Assembly (NCBI GenBank): GCA_963813025.1 | Contig: CAWEXO010000016.1 | Span: forward strand, 43,082 to 107,081 | Reading direction: 5' to 3' | Origin: an uncultured Verrucomicrobiae bacterium | Lineage (GTDB): Bacteria > Verrucomicrobiota > Verrucomicrobiia > Chthoniobacterales > JAFAMB01 | DNA length: 64,000 nt | In this document: positions 48,002 to 58,727 of the stretch, piece by piece | Numbering within the stretch: position 1 is the stretch's first letter | Layout of the letters: each line of letters starts with the position of its first letter | Translations under genes and position numbers: made by a program | The notes under the pieces: model-generated | What the model was told of the DNA's origin: nothing | The model's database searches: none | Seen by the model: the letters and a program-made list of their open reading frames with translations, nothing else

Positions 48002-49030
48002 ATGTTGAAAAGACTCTCTGTTACAGTCCTCCCTGCGTTAGTCCTCTGCTGCTCCTTTGTGGAAGCAGCCTTCGGTCAAGTCGATCATTATCGTTTCGTG
48101 ATGGTTTCTCACATTGGATCCAACGACCCGAACATGAATTGGCTCACCACATCGCTCAAAACCTTCGAACAGAAGTATCCTGATGCGAAGACTGAGTACC
48201 TGTCGACGAATGAGTATAGCCTCCAAAATTTTATCACAATCCTGAACCAGGCGATAGCCACGCACCCGGATGGCATTGCCGTTCCGATTCTGAATAGCGA
48301 GGCGCTGCAACCGATTCTAGATAAAGCCGTCCAGGACGGAATCCCGGTGGTGGCCTTTAATATTTCCGACCCACGTCCACCGGAACAGCGAATTCACTAT
48401 CTCACTTATGTCGGTGGGGACGAATATCTCACTGGCCTGAAACTCGGGCAATACGTGATCGAGCAAGTCAATGCCGGCAACGTGCCGAAGCCAACTAGGG
48501 TGATGTGTGCCAATCATGATGCCACTCATCAGGGCCTCAAGGCCCGCAGCAGAGGGATGACTGACGCGATGAAGAAAATCGGGGTACCTGTTGAGGATCT
48601 GATTATCGGAGCAGATCCCGCGAAGGCACGCAACATCATGCAGTCCTATCTCAGCACGCACAAGGACGTGAATTACATCTTTTGCTTGGGCACGCTATCC
48701 GTTCCTTGGGCCTACAGCGTTGCCGATGAAATGGGATTGAAGCCGAAACTTTCCGAGAAAGGTCTGACGATTGTCGGGGTTGATGATAGTCCAAACTCAC
48801 TGGAAGGGATCAAAGATGGTAAGGTCCTCGCTTCCCATAGTCAGGGCTTCTGGCTCCAGGGTTATCTCCCGATGGAAGTTCTTTACTTCTACAAAAAAAT
48901 GGGAATGGCTCCCCTCGACGACATCATTACCGGACCGATTGTGATCAATCAGAGTAACGTGGATCAGTGGATAAAGATCGTCAAAGGGATCATTGGGGAG
49001 GAAGCCTACAAAAAGCAAATCACCTGGTGA
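48002..49030 (+). CDS. sugar ABC transporter substrate-binding protein (RbsB-like)
   Basis: Signal peptide; PDGIAV, GIPVVAFN, YVGGDEY..G, QGYLP. Confidence 0.88.
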   Translation: MLKRLSVTVLPALVLCCSFVEAAFGQVDHYRFVMVSHIGSNDPNMNWLTTSLKTFEQKYPDAKTEYLSTNEYSLQNFITILNQAIATHPDGIAVPILNSEALQPILDKAVQDGIPVVAFNISDPRPPEQRIHYLTYVGGDEYLTGLKLGQYVIEQVNAGNVPKPTRVMCANHDATHQGLKARSRGMTDAMKKIGVPVEDLIIGADPAKARNIMQSYLSTHKDVNYIFCLGTLSVPWAYSVADEMGLKPKLSEKGLTIVGVDDSPNSLEGIKDGKVLASHSQGFWLQGYLPMEVLYFYKKMGMAPLDDIITGPIVINQSNVDQWIKIVKGIIGEEAYKKQITW

Positions 49031-49101
49031 GCAACGCTTTGTGGCCGGTTCGGACTTCCTGACTGATCCGTTCCGGCCTGGAAGAATGCCTGGAAGTATC
49101 C

Positions 49102-50052
49102 ATGCGTCGTTTCCTCAGACGACCCGATATCGGCATCCTGATCGGCTGTTCTTTTATCACTGCTTTATTCAGCTTTTGGAACCATGACCAGTGGTTCAAT
49201 TGGTATACGTTTACCAGCATCAGCCGGTACACGGCTATCCTTGGTCTCGTAGCAATCGGACAAACCTTTGTCGTTCTGATCCGGGAGATTGATCTCTCCG
49301 TCGGCTCAGTCTACGGAGTGGTCGGGATTTTATTCATTACGCTGGAACATCAGCTTAGCGCGCCATTATCGGCTTTGCTTGCCCTGTTGTTTGCGCTGGC
49401 CATCGGCTTGATGAACGCACTGATCGTGATCCGTGGCCGGCTCTCTTCGATGATCGTGACCCTGGGCGGTCTCTTTTTTTATCGTGGTCTTGTTTATGTA
49501 TCGACTCACGGCGGCGTTAGCGGGCCGCCTCGTGAGGCGCGTCTGAATTGGTTTAACCAACTCCTGGGAGGGCACACGAGGGGGGTTGAGAATGGTCTTC
49601 TGCTCTTGGTCGTCTTCGCGTTTCTGAGCGGGGTACTGCTTTATCATACGACGTTCGGCAATCATTTGTTGGCCGTCGGCGGAAATGCGGCCAGTGCCGA
49701 ATCCCAAGGCGTTCCGGTCAAACGGATCAGAACTTGGGCATTTATCCTTTGCTCCTTTTTCGCGGGACTTTCGGCGGTGGTCACTTTGGCCAACGACCCA
49801 CAGACAAGTGTCTCGTTAGGTACCGGACTCGAACTGGAGTCGATTGCGGCTGTGGTGATTGGCGGAACACTTTTGACCGGCGGAAGAGGAACGATTCTTG
49901 GTACCGTCCTGGGCGCGTTTTTCTTTACTGCGGTGCGCTCTGAAATGATCGCCCTCGGGGCGCCGCCTTCCTGGTACACATCGTTTGTCGGAGTCGCGCT
50001 CCTTCTAGTCGTGACTCTGAATACGCTCTTAGCAAAGAAACTACGAATCTAA
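49102..50052 (+). CDS. sugar ABC transporter permease (RbsC-like)
   Basis: EIDLSVGS, IVTLG, AVGGN..SA..QG, LESIAAVVIGGT.LTGG.G. Confidence 0.92.
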   Translation: MRRFLRRPDIGILIGCSFITALFSFWNHDQWFNWYTFTSISRYTAILGLVAIGQTFVVLIREIDLSVGSVYGVVGILFITLEHQLSAPLSALLALLFALAIGLMNALIVIRGRLSSMIVTLGGLFFYRGLVYVSTHGGVSGPPREARLNWFNQLLGGHTRGVENGLLLLVVFAFLSGVLLYHTTFGNHLLAVGGNAASAESQGVPVKRIRTWAFILCSFFAGLSAVVTLANDPQTSVSLGTGLELESIAAVVIGGTLLTGGRGTILGTVLGAFFFTAVRSEMIALGAPPSWYTSFVGVALLLVVTLNTLLAKKLRI

Positions 50053-50132
50053 TGGATCGTCTGATAGGTAAGGACACTCACCTTGGTACAGGACCGGCGG
50101 TGCACTAACCATTGAACATGGGACGAAGCGCA

Positions 50133-50924
50133 ATGGTCACTCCAAGCGACGACCGAGGCACTAGCCGCCAACCGCTCATTCGTGTCAATGACGTTTGCCT
50201 TGCTTATGGTAACTTTCAGGCTCTCACGAAAGTCAGCGTTGATTTCTTTCCCGGTGAATTGGTCGGACTGGTGGGGGACAATGGAGCGGGCAAGACCACT
50301 TTAATTCGCATTCTTTCGGGTATTATTGCTCCGGATTCCGGCGAGGTTTACTTCGATGGCCAGAGGATTACGAAGTTCTATCCGAAACGCGCCATCGCGC
50401 TGGGCGTGGAGTCCATCCAGCAGACAATCGGTTTATGCGATAACCTGTCGGTTACCCGGAATTACTTTTTGGGGCGCGAATTGGTACGACGAGTCTTGGG
50501 ACTTCGTTTTCTCGCCAAGAAAGAGATGCGCGCTGCCTGTGCGAAGGTAGTGCACGATTTCGGACTGCGCACGAGCATTGATGTTGACGATGAGATCTCG
50601 TTGTTGTCGGGAGGCGAGAAGCAAACATTCAAAATCGCGCGCGCAGTCAGTTTTCGTAACCGCGTGATCATCATGGATGAACCAACCAACCACCTTTCCG
50701 TACGAGAACGGGCACGAGTGAACGACTTGGCTCTGCAACTCAAACAACAGGGACTGCTGGTGATTTATATTACGCATGACATCTTCCAAATTCATCGGAT
50801 CGCCGATCGGATCGTTATTCTGGAAAATGGTCGCAAGGTGGCAGATGTCCGACGAGACGCGATGAGTGCCGAAGAATTGGAAGAAGTCATCCGTACCGGA
50901 GGAATGGAAGCTGGAGGCTCATGA
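50133..50924 (+). CDS. sugar ABC transporter ATP-binding protein (single domain)
   Basis: GDNGAGKT, LSGGEKQ, IMDEPT, ITH; start could also be 50112 or 50118. Confidence 0.92.
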   Translation: MVTPSDDRGTSRQPLIRVNDVCLAYGNFQALTKVSVDFFPGELVGLVGDNGAGKTTLIRILSGIIAPDSGEVYFDGQRITKFYPKRAIALGVESIQQTIGLCDNLSVTRNYFLGRELVRRVLGLRFLAKKEMRAACAKVVHDFGLRTSIDVDDEISLLSGGEKQTFKIARAVSFRNRVIIMDEPTNHLSVRERARVNDLALQLKQQGLLVIYITHDIFQIHRIADRIVILENGRKVADVRRDAMSAEELEEVIRTGGMEAGGS

Positions 50925-51895
50925 GCTTGGCAGTGCTGCGATTGATCAGGCGACACCCGGAAACTGGCACGATTGCTCTGGTTGGGATGCTCTCTCTTCT
51001 TTTTGCGGCACTGACCCATGGATTGTGGATTTCGCTTGGTAACCTTCAATCGTTGCTTCGACTGACGGCGGTGCTGGCAATCATGTCGTTTGGCGAGGCG
51101 ACCGTTATCAGTACCGGAGAGATTGATATCTCAGTTGGTTCGACGTTTGGGATCGGCGCATTAACGTTTCTGGGATTGGCTCCGATTGGCGGAAGTCTCA
51201 TCGCTGCCGCAGCGGCGCTTGCATCCGGAATATTGATCGGCGCGGTCAATGGGTCTTTTGCTTCCCTCCTCGGACTTCCCTCTTTGATCGTTACCTTGGG
51301 AACGTTGTTTCTCTTTCAGGGCGTTGCCTATGCCGTAACCTTTGGCTTTGCCTTTGCCGCCACGGATAAAGTCAAGCATCAACTGATTTACCAAGCAGTG
51401 GGCGGCGGAACGCTCAGCGGCCTGAATTCTGCCATCCTTTGGGCGGTGATCATTCTCATAGTATTGCAACTCACGATGTTTGAGACACCCCTGGGCAACC
51501 GAATCATGGCGGTCGGCGGCGATGTTGTATCAAGCTACTCGCGCGGAATAAGCGTAAAGAAAATAAAGTTCGGTGTATTTCTTTTGAGTGGTTTTTTGGC
51601 CGCGCTCGCTGGCATGTTAGAAGCGGCTTATATTGGTTACGCCGACGGTAGTTTTGGCGCGTTGATGGAACTGTCGGCGATCGCCGCGGCGGTATTAGGT
51701 GGCTGTCATTTAGCCGGCGGACGGATATCGCTTATCGGCACACTCCTCGGTGCATTTCTGCTTTGCGGAATACAGAGTTTTTTGATTATCCTCGGCTTTC
51801 AACCTCAATGGTATATTCTCACGCTCGGGATCATCGTTGTTTTCGCTAGTCTGCTCGATCGTCTCCTGAGCCGCTTGATTACCAGAAGCCAGTGA
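50921..51895 (+). CDS. sugar ABC transporter permease (RbsC-like)
   Basis: GEIDISVGS, PSLIVTLG, ELSAIAAAVLGG. Confidence 0.92.
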   Translation: MSLAVLRLIRRHPETGTIALVGMLSLLFAALTHGLWISLGNLQSLLRLTAVLAIMSFGEATVISTGEIDISVGSTFGIGALTFLGLAPIGGSLIAAAAALASGILIGAVNGSFASLLGLPSLIVTLGTLFLFQGVAYAVTFGFAFAATDKVKHQLIYQAVGGGTLSGLNSAILWAVIILIVLQLTMFETPLGNRIMAVGGDVVSSYSRGISVKKIKFGVFLLSGFLAALAGMLEAAYIGYADGSFGALMELSAIAAAVLGGCHLAGGRISLIGTLLGAFLLCGIQSFLIILGFQPQWYILTLGIIVVFASLLDRLLSRLITRSQ

Positions 51896-52072
51896 AAGGC
51901 AGTAATCGGCCGGCGCAAATGATTCACTGTTTTTGGAAACCGCAGCGAAGTCGTGATTATCCTCTTGTCGAATTTCCAGGTTGACGAAAGATCTTCCCGA
52001 CGAAGGGTATTGGCGCGGTATCGTCAGATAGTCATTAACTTAACCCTAAAACCCGAAACTAAAGGAGACAGC

Positions 52073-52438
52073 ATGGGAAACCCGTTCGTACATGTCGAAC
52101 TCAACACAACTGATGTCAGCAAAGCAAAGGCCTTTTACGGGAAATTGTTCGATTGGGAGCTGGAAGATATACCGATGGGAGAAGGAGCCTCCTACACCAT
52201 GATCAGCGTGGGCAAAGGCACCGGCGGAGGGCTAATGAAACATCCCACGCCTGGCGAGCCTTCGGTCTGGTTAGCCTACGTCCAGGTCGATGGCATCGCC
52301 GCGGTGACCCAAAAGGCCAAATCGCTCGGCGCTACGATCGTGAAAGACGTGACAGAAGTGATGGACTACGGGTGGCTAAGCATTATCGTCGATCCGACTG
52401 GCGCCACGCTGGGTCTCTGGAAGCCAAAAGCAGCTTGA
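52073..52438 (+). CDS. VOC (glyoxalase/bleomycin resistance) family protein
   Basis: SD AAGGAG; NPFVHVEL.T.D..KAK.FY..LF.W, DPTGA.LGLW. Confidence 0.92.
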   Translation: MGNPFVHVELNTTDVSKAKAFYGKLFDWELEDIPMGEGASYTMISVGKGTGGGLMKHPTPGEPSVWLAYVQVDGIAAVTQKAKSLGATIVKDVTEVMDYGWLSIIVDPTGATLGLWKPKAA

Positions 52439-52494
52439 TCGCCTTTTCTTTATGCAGCCGAACTCTCCGGCGTAGCCGGGAGTTCGGCTGTCAC

Positions 52495-52542
52495 AGCCTG
52501 CATCGCTTGAAAATCCCTAAGGATTTTCAAGCGATGCAGGCT
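52495..52542. repeat. palindromic element (family D), second copy
   Basis: AGCCTGCATCGCTTGAAAATCC-CTAA-GGATTTTCAAGCGATGCAGGCT, perfect 22-bp arms, between convergent genes. Confidence 0.85.
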
Positions 52543-53321
52543 TAGCCGAAACTTCCGATCAAGATACCGGTCAGAAAAACCAGGATGCCGCCGAGCACGA
52601 CCTGGAACAGAGCCATCAGCAGGGGAGTGTCCATGTAACGTTTTCTGATCCACGCGATCGCACCTAACTCGATCGCGACGACGACCATCGCTACCCAAAT
52701 TGCTAAATTGAAATCAGGCGACAGAAACGGCAGGGTATGGCCGATACCACCCAGAGTGGTCATCCCGCCGCAAACGCCGCCACGCACCCAGGGACGGCCG
52801 CGGCCGCTGATGATCCCGTCGTCGGAAAGAGCTTCGGCAAAGCCCATGCTGATTCCCGCGCCCAAAGAAGCGGCCAACCCGACGAGAAAGGCGGTGAATG
52901 AGTTGTGCGTGGCAAACGCCGCGGCAAAAACCGGTGCTAAGGTTGACACTGAACCGTCCATCAAGCCGGCCAGACCTGGCTGGACGACCTGCAGTACAAA
53001 CAGTTTTCGTTTGACGTTCGGGTCATCAGCCGACCGATTCATTGAACTGCTTTCTCCCGCCGGTTCGTCTCTCACCAGCCGCGAGTCTGAAACTGGCGGG
53101 CTTATGGGGCTCCTCCGCGCAGAGAAGCCATAGACGCACATTAATTGACGGAGCTGTGCCGCTTGGCGCTGGCGGAGAGTTAAGAGAATCGAGGCAGCTT
53201 CCGGACTCTCCGCTCGAATCTGATCCGCTAGCTCGGCGTAAGCCCGTCCATGCTCTTCTTGCAGCGCCAAGGCAGCGGCAAAAGAGCTTGCCTGGGCTGT
53301 CGTTGCGGAAGGATTGGCCAT
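52542..53321 (-). CDS. MbfA-like VIT1/CCC1 iron exporter with degenerate N-terminal ferritin-like domain
   Basis: [50 protein letters not shown]. Confidence 0.85.
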   Translation of the reverse strand: MANPSATTAQASSFAAALALQEEHGRAYAELADQIRAESPEAASILLTLRQRQAAQLRQLMCVYGFSARRSPISPPVSDSRLVRDEPAGESSSMNRSADDPNVKRKLFVLQVVQPGLAGLMDGSVSTLAPVFAAAFATHNSFTAFLVGLAASLGAGISMGFAEALSDDGIISGRGRPWVRGGVCGGMTTLGGIGHTLPFLSPDFNLAIWVAMVVVAIELGAIAWIRKRYMDTPLLMALFQVVLGGILVFLTGILIGSFG

Positions 53322-53642
53322 AGAATTACGTTTCGTAGAGGCCGATGCAATCGAGGTTAAATGCCGGCCGGGGTTTCCCTGAATATTTAACCCTATTCCA
53401 GGGAGTTGGCCATTCCCGCATACGCTAACTTCGAAAATGAGAAGAGACTCAGTCACAACAGCAAAGTCAGACAGGCTTCCAGCCCGTTGAGCGACGGATT
53501 CACTATTCGACGTATGCGCCTTAGCGTAGCGACGGAGGAGCGCCAGGCGAGAACTTGTTCCATTACGATTTCAAATGCCCCTTCAGCATCTCCAACCCGC
53601 TGTGCGGGTGTTTTCGTAGTGGGCATCGAGATCGTAGCGGCA

Positions 53643-53678
53643 ATTGGTAGGGCGAGAATTTCATTCGAGCCGCTTTCG
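53643..53678 (+). repeat. REP-like element (family C)
   Basis: 35/36 identical to 16749-16784. Confidence 0.8.
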
Positions 53679-53821
53679 AAGTGGTAGAACGAAGACGACG
53701 CCTCGACCTCTGGAGTCTTCTAGACCAATGTTACATACTGCGGCTTGTAGACGTGCTGCCGGATTGGAAAGAGCAAAGATGATTGGACGAGGATTAAGCC
53801 GCGACATCGTCTCGACGACTT

Positions 53822-53929
53822 GGCGATACTGAAGTGCTCAAGAGAGCGTTGGGTTTGAGCGCCCCATAGTTTGTCAGCGGGAACCTTGACCTCGCCAAGG
53901 CTGTCGGTTTCGGTGCGGTATTCAGGCAT
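53822..53929 (-). pseudogene. class II fumarate hydratase (FumC)-like 5' fragment
   Basis: [35 protein letters not shown]; similarity stops after ~35 aa. Confidence 0.8.
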
Positions 53930-54173
53930 AGTAATAACTGGCGTTAGCGTTAAGAGTGGTACTTTGATCGTGGATGACAATCTTAGGTCTGCGTTATGTG
54001 GCATGTGCAGACATCTGCTACCGGCTGGCATTGGCCATCGGGCGAGTCCCCAGACCGAGCGACGCTCAAGAACAACAGCGTCGGGGGCAAAGGAAATCGG
54101 ACGACCAAAGTTCGTACGATTCAGGAACCTACCATTTGGCAGTATTCTTCTCCAGACCGAACCAAGGCAACCC

Positions 54174-55117
54174 ATGAACATTAAGATTATTGAACCCATC
54201 GGCCAACCAGAAACAGCGATCAGGTCTCGGCTCAGAGATCTCCTTGAAAAGGGCGGTCATCGCCTCTTCATCTGTGATTCGCGTGGCCTGACTGACGCCG
54301 AAGTGATCAAAGAGGTTAGTGATGCCGACATCATATTGCTCAGCAACCGGCCGCTTTCAAGGGAGGTGATCGAGGCTTGCCCAAAGCTCAGGCTGATCTG
54401 CGTTGCATTTACCGGTATCGATCACGTGGATCAGGACGCGTGCAAGGCTCACAATATCATCGTTCATAACGCGGTAGGTTACGCTGTTCATGCGGTAAGT
54501 GAGTTAGCCTTTGGTTTGATGATTGCCCTGTTGCGACGAATCGTCTCGGCGGACGCGGTTGTCCGTTCTGGCGGTGGTAATCGTGATCTGGTTGGCAATG
54601 AATTATTCGGCAAGACCCTGGGTATTGTCGGATGTGGCATATCGGGTTGCAGGTTGCTCGGATGGGCAACGCCTTTGGCTGTCATGTCCTCGGTTTCGAG
54701 GAGCATGTGCTTCGGATTGATCACGTGACGATCGAGCAGATCGAGCTCGATGAGTTGTTGCGACGAAGCGACATCGTCAGTCTACATCTGCCGCTGGCCC
54801 CCGAGACGCGCGGCTTTATTGGACGGGAGCAGTTAGCCAGAATGAAGGCTTCGGCCATCCTGATCAATACGGCGCGCGGACCGGTGGTTAACCAGTCGGC
54901 GCTGGTGGAAGCTTTGGATCAAAAACGACTGGCCGGTGCAGGCCTCGATGTGTTCGATATGGAGCCTCCCCTGCCCGCTGACCATCCGATTTTGAGTGCG
55001 CCGAACACTGTGCTGGTACCGCACATTGGTTTCGAGACTTTCGAAGCCATGTCGGCTAAGGCGGACATCGCGCTGGGTCATCTGGAGAATTTTCTGAGCT
55101 CGCGTGGCCCGACTTGA
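54174..55117 (+). pseudogene. D-2-hydroxyacid dehydrogenase (SerA-like), frameshifted at ~54640
   Basis: N-half (AFTGIDHVD, AVSEL, ELFGKTLGIVGCG) and C-half (HIG..VA, SLHLPL, INTARG, LDVF..EP, PHIG) lie in different frames. Confidence 0.8.
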
Positions 55118-55267
55118 TCAAAATAACCTTAGGCTCCATTGAATTATTGAAATAAGGGAGAGGTCGATATCTGGTGCACCAGTGATTGGCAGCTTGGAAG
55201 ATTTTAAACCGCTCGATAAGATTTCTTGACCTCGTTCCAGGTAAACCGCTTTACTAAAACGCTTTAC

Positions 55268-55764
55268 ATGAAGAGTCCAAAGATCACGATCAAAGATGTT
55301 GCCAGCCGTCAACTCGATGGGATCGTGTTACTAACCTGTCAGGCTGACAATCCCGATCTAGTGTCTCTGCTTAGTAAGAATCAGCGCGTAGTGCTGGTCG
55401 ACGAGGATGTTGAAGGGGTAATAGCCCCGCGGGTTTTCAGTGAAAATCGAACCGGAGGCTTTCTTGCCACAAAACAGCCACGGATTTGGGGATCCCAGTG
55501 CCCCGGAGTCTCTCTCTCATTAGTTTTGATGACATGCCTTTTGCGGCCTTTCTGTCGCCAGCCTTGACCACGATTCGGCAACCAATCCGTGAGCTCGGGG
55601 AATCGGGAGCCAACCTCCTCTTCGGGTTAATTGATGGGATGGATCCGGACACCGCTACCCGGCGGTTGCCGGTGGAGTTGGTCAACCGCGGTTCTGTCCG
55701 TCTCGTGGCGAAGAGCCGGAGAGCAAAGACCCTGAGGTCAACGGAATCCATCGCTGCCAAGTGA
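55268..55764 (+). pseudogene. LacI-family regulator remnant (internal deletions plus frameshift)
   Basis: ITIKDVA joined directly to RQLDGIVL; later FDDMPFA..LSPALTTIRQP..ELG in another frame. Confidence 0.8.
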
Positions 55765-55852
55765 ATACGCTCTTCGATCTGAGCCCGTCCAATGCAATAC
55801 CAACACTTTCCTGAATGAATTATCGCCTCGTTCAGGCGGGTTGACGAAAAAA

Positions 55853-56629
55853 ATGCACGCGACCTCGGGCATCTGGTTACGCGCCGCCAACCTCTCCAAA
55901 CATTTTGGCGCAGTGGTCGCATTGGAGAATTTCGACGCAAGCTTTTTTCTAGGTGAAGTAGTTGCGTTGGTCGGTGATAACGGCGCAGGGAAATCGACAC
56001 TGGTGAAACTGTTGTCCGGAGCGCATTTGCCGTCCGCCGGAGAAATAACCGTCAGGGGTAAGCTCGTTAGTATCGAAAGTCCTGGCAAAGCAAAGCAGCT
56101 GGGAATCGCGACCATCTTCCAGGAGCTGGCGTTGGTCGAAAACCTAACTGTTTACGAGAACATCTTTCTGGGCCGAGAAATTGTGCGGCCGGTCTTTGGG
56201 TTGCCTATTCTCGATAAGAAAAGAATGCGTGACCGAGTAGTGCAGCTGATCGATGAACTCGGCTCCCATATCCCGTCGCCAGCCGCCGCGGTCGCCGAAT
56301 TGTCGGGCGGCCAACGACAGGCGGTTGCTATCGCTCGGGCCATCGAGCTCGAAACGAGGTTAGTGATCATGGATGAACCGACGGCCGCGCTCGCTGTGGC
56401 CGAAACTCGCAAAGTGCTGAGATTAATTGAGCAGCTCCGTGGCAACGGAAAAGCCGTGCTGCTTGTCAGTCACAATCTGAACGACGTTTTCGAAGTCGCA
56501 GACCGAATCATGGTACTCAGGCGTGGCCGGAAAGTGGCCGACTGTAAGAGATCTGAGACCAATGTGGAAGAGGTTGTCAGTTGGATTACTGGAGCAAAGC
56601 CCGGCTCGCAATTGAAAGAGCCGAGCTAA
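55853..56629 (+). CDS. sugar ABC transporter ATP-binding protein (single domain)
   Basis: GDNGAGKST, LSGGQRQAVAIARA, IMDEPTAAL, VSH. Confidence 0.93.
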   Translation: MHATSGIWLRAANLSKHFGAVVALENFDASFFLGEVVALVGDNGAGKSTLVKLLSGAHLPSAGEITVRGKLVSIESPGKAKQLGIATIFQELALVENLTVYENIFLGREIVRPVFGLPILDKKRMRDRVVQLIDELGSHIPSPAAAVAELSGGQRQAVAIARAIELETRLVIMDEPTAALAVAETRKVLRLIEQLRGNGKAVLLVSHNLNDVFEVADRIMVLRRGRKVADCKRSETNVEEVVSWITGAKPGSQLKEPS

Positions 56630-56665
56630 AGATCCCATGGAGGGAACCAAAATGGAGAAAGTAAG

Positions 56666-57655
56666 ATGCGCATACAAAATCAATGTTCAGCCTGCTTAGC
56701 CGCGGGTCTGATCCTGTTTACTGCAGTATTCGGACTTGCCCAGCCCAAGCCGCAGGTTGCCTTTGTGCCGCAAATCGTCGGCATACCTTATTTCAACGCG
56801 ATGGAGGAGGGTGGCAAGGACGCCGCGCAGAAGTTCGGGGTAGAGTTCATTTACACCGGACCGACTGATACAAATCCAGCGGAACAATTACGGATTGTGA
56901 ATGGGCTTATCGATCAAAGCGTTTCGGCGATCGCTCTTTCGGTGCTCGACGCGAGTTCGATCGACTCAATCATAAAGAAGGCAAAAGAGAAAGGGGTGAA
57001 AATCTTCACGTCAGACTCTGATGCGCCGAAGAGCGAACGGGAAGTTTATGTTGCACAAGCTCTCGATCGGGATCTTGGGTTCATTATCATCGACGAACTG
57101 GCGGGCCGGATCGGCGGACAAGGGACAGTCGGCATCGTCTCGGGCGAAGCTACCGCTACAAATCTGAACACCTGGATCGGTTTTATGCAGCAGCGAGTGA
57201 AGGAGAAATATCCTAAGATCAATCTCTTGCCGCCGCAATTTGCCGGCGGCACCGCACAGATGGCATTTCAGCTTGCAACAGACCTGATGACCGCCCATCC
57301 CGATCTGAAGGGGTTGATTGCGGTTGCTTCGACCACTTGTCCGGGCGTCGGCCAGGCAATCGAATCGGCCGGGAAAACTGGCCAAGTTATCGGAACCGGT
57401 TATGGTTCGCCTAACACGGTTCGCTCCTACCTGAAGAGTGGTGCGTTCGGTTTCAGTGTCCTCTGGAATCCGCGTGACCTCGGATACCTGACGGTCTGGG
57501 CCGGCAAACAATTGATCGATGGCAAGCCATTTGCTGAAAGCAACATAGTTCCAGGGCTCTCACAACCGATTAAATACGATTCCGCTACCAAGGTATTACT
57601 ACTTGGCCCTCCCACGGTGTTCACGGAGGAGAATGTCGATCAATACAAATTCTGA
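56666..57655 (+). CDS. LsrB/RhaS-like sugar ABC substrate-binding protein
   Basis: Signal peptide; VPQIVGIPYF, DSDA, ATNLNTW, LWNP.DLGY. Confidence 0.85.
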   Translation: MRIQNQCSACLAAGLILFTAVFGLAQPKPQVAFVPQIVGIPYFNAMEEGGKDAAQKFGVEFIYTGPTDTNPAEQLRIVNGLIDQSVSAIALSVLDASSIDSIIKKAKEKGVKIFTSDSDAPKSEREVYVAQALDRDLGFIIIDELAGRIGGQGTVGIVSGEATATNLNTWIGFMQQRVKEKYPKINLLPPQFAGGTAQMAFQLATDLMTAHPDLKGLIAVASTTCPGVGQAIESAGKTGQVIGTGYGSPNTVRSYLKSGAFGFSVLWNPRDLGYLTVWAGKQLIDGKPFAESNIVPGLSQPIKYDSATKVLLLGPPTVFTEENVDQYKF

Positions 57656-57755
57656 ATAGGCTGATAGCCTCACTCCGAAGCTCGCGGTATCTGCAGTCTG
57701 ACTCTTTAATGGCAAAGTGTTTGGAGTGTTTACTGGCGAAAGCCGCTAGGTAAAA

Positions 57756-58727
57756 GTGAACTGGAAACGGTGGTTGCTCGGTCGGCGCGAAGTGACGCTG
57801 GCACTGGTTTGCGTGATCGTTGCCGTCGTCTTCCAGTTCTTGTCGCCTTATTTCCTCACCGCGCAAAACTCGATAACAATCCTTCGAAATAGCGTCGAAC
57901 TGTTACTCGTAAGCTTGGGAATGTCGTTCATCCTTGCGACGGGCGGGATTGATATAGCGGTCGGCGGAGCGTTAGGAATCTGTTCAATTTTTGTCGGTTG
58001 GAGTATTCAGAGCGGGTTCCCGATAATGGCGATATTGTTGATTGGACCCGTCCTCGGGACAGCTCTCGGGCTTATTTCGGCGGTCCTGATTGTCTGGGGA
58101 AAAATACCTCCTATCATCGCTACCCTCGGCCTGTTTGGCGTTTATCGAGCGGCTATCTTCCTCCTACTCGGTGGAAGCTGGATTTCCGGCTTGCCCGACG
58201 CGCTTGGTCCCGTGGTAAACGAAGCGATCAGTGGGTTTCCTCTCGTTGGCATCTATGTCCTGTTGGTTTATTCAATCGGTTGGCTGGTTTTGCGATGGCT
58301 GCCGCTTGGAATCGCTATTCTCGCGACCGGTGGCAATGAGCGGGCAGCGAGGCTCTCTGGTGTGGCGATCGGCAGAACAAAGTTTTTCGTTTATGGCTTC
58401 ACCGGCCTACTGGTCGGATTTGCGGCATTATTTTATGTCGCGCGCTATCGAAACGTCGAGACATCGACCGGCGGTCTTGTTGCACTGGATGCTATTGTTG
58501 CTTCCGTCTTGGGCGGTGCTTCTGTCCTTGGTGGAAAAGCGAACCTTCTCGGTACGATCCTAGGGGTCTTGCTTGTGCGCCTCCTGCAGAACGGCTTCGT
58601 CCTGGTCGGGGTTCCGTCACTCTGGGAACAAGTTATAACCGGGATTCTTCTGATTGTGGTCTTGGTCGTAGACACCTTGGCCGAGGGTGGAGCCCGGAAT
58701 TTCCCGCGCATAGTGCCAAACCAATGA
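57756..58727 (+). CDS. sugar ABC permease (LsrC/RbsC-like)
   Basis: GGIDIAVG, IPPIIATLG, ATGGNERAARLSG. Confidence 0.9.
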   Translation: MNWKRWLLGRREVTLALVCVIVAVVFQFLSPYFLTAQNSITILRNSVELLLVSLGMSFILATGGIDIAVGGALGICSIFVGWSIQSGFPIMAILLIGPVLGTALGLISAVLIVWGKIPPIIATLGLFGVYRAAIFLLLGGSWISGLPDALGPVVNEAISGFPLVGIYVLLVYSIGWLVLRWLPLGIAILATGGNERAARLSGVAIGRTKFFVYGFTGLLVGFAALFYVARYRNVETSTGGLVALDAIVASVLGGASVLGGKANLLGTILGVLLVRLLQNGFVLVGVPSLWEQVITGILLIVVLVVDTLAEGGARNFPRIVPNQ

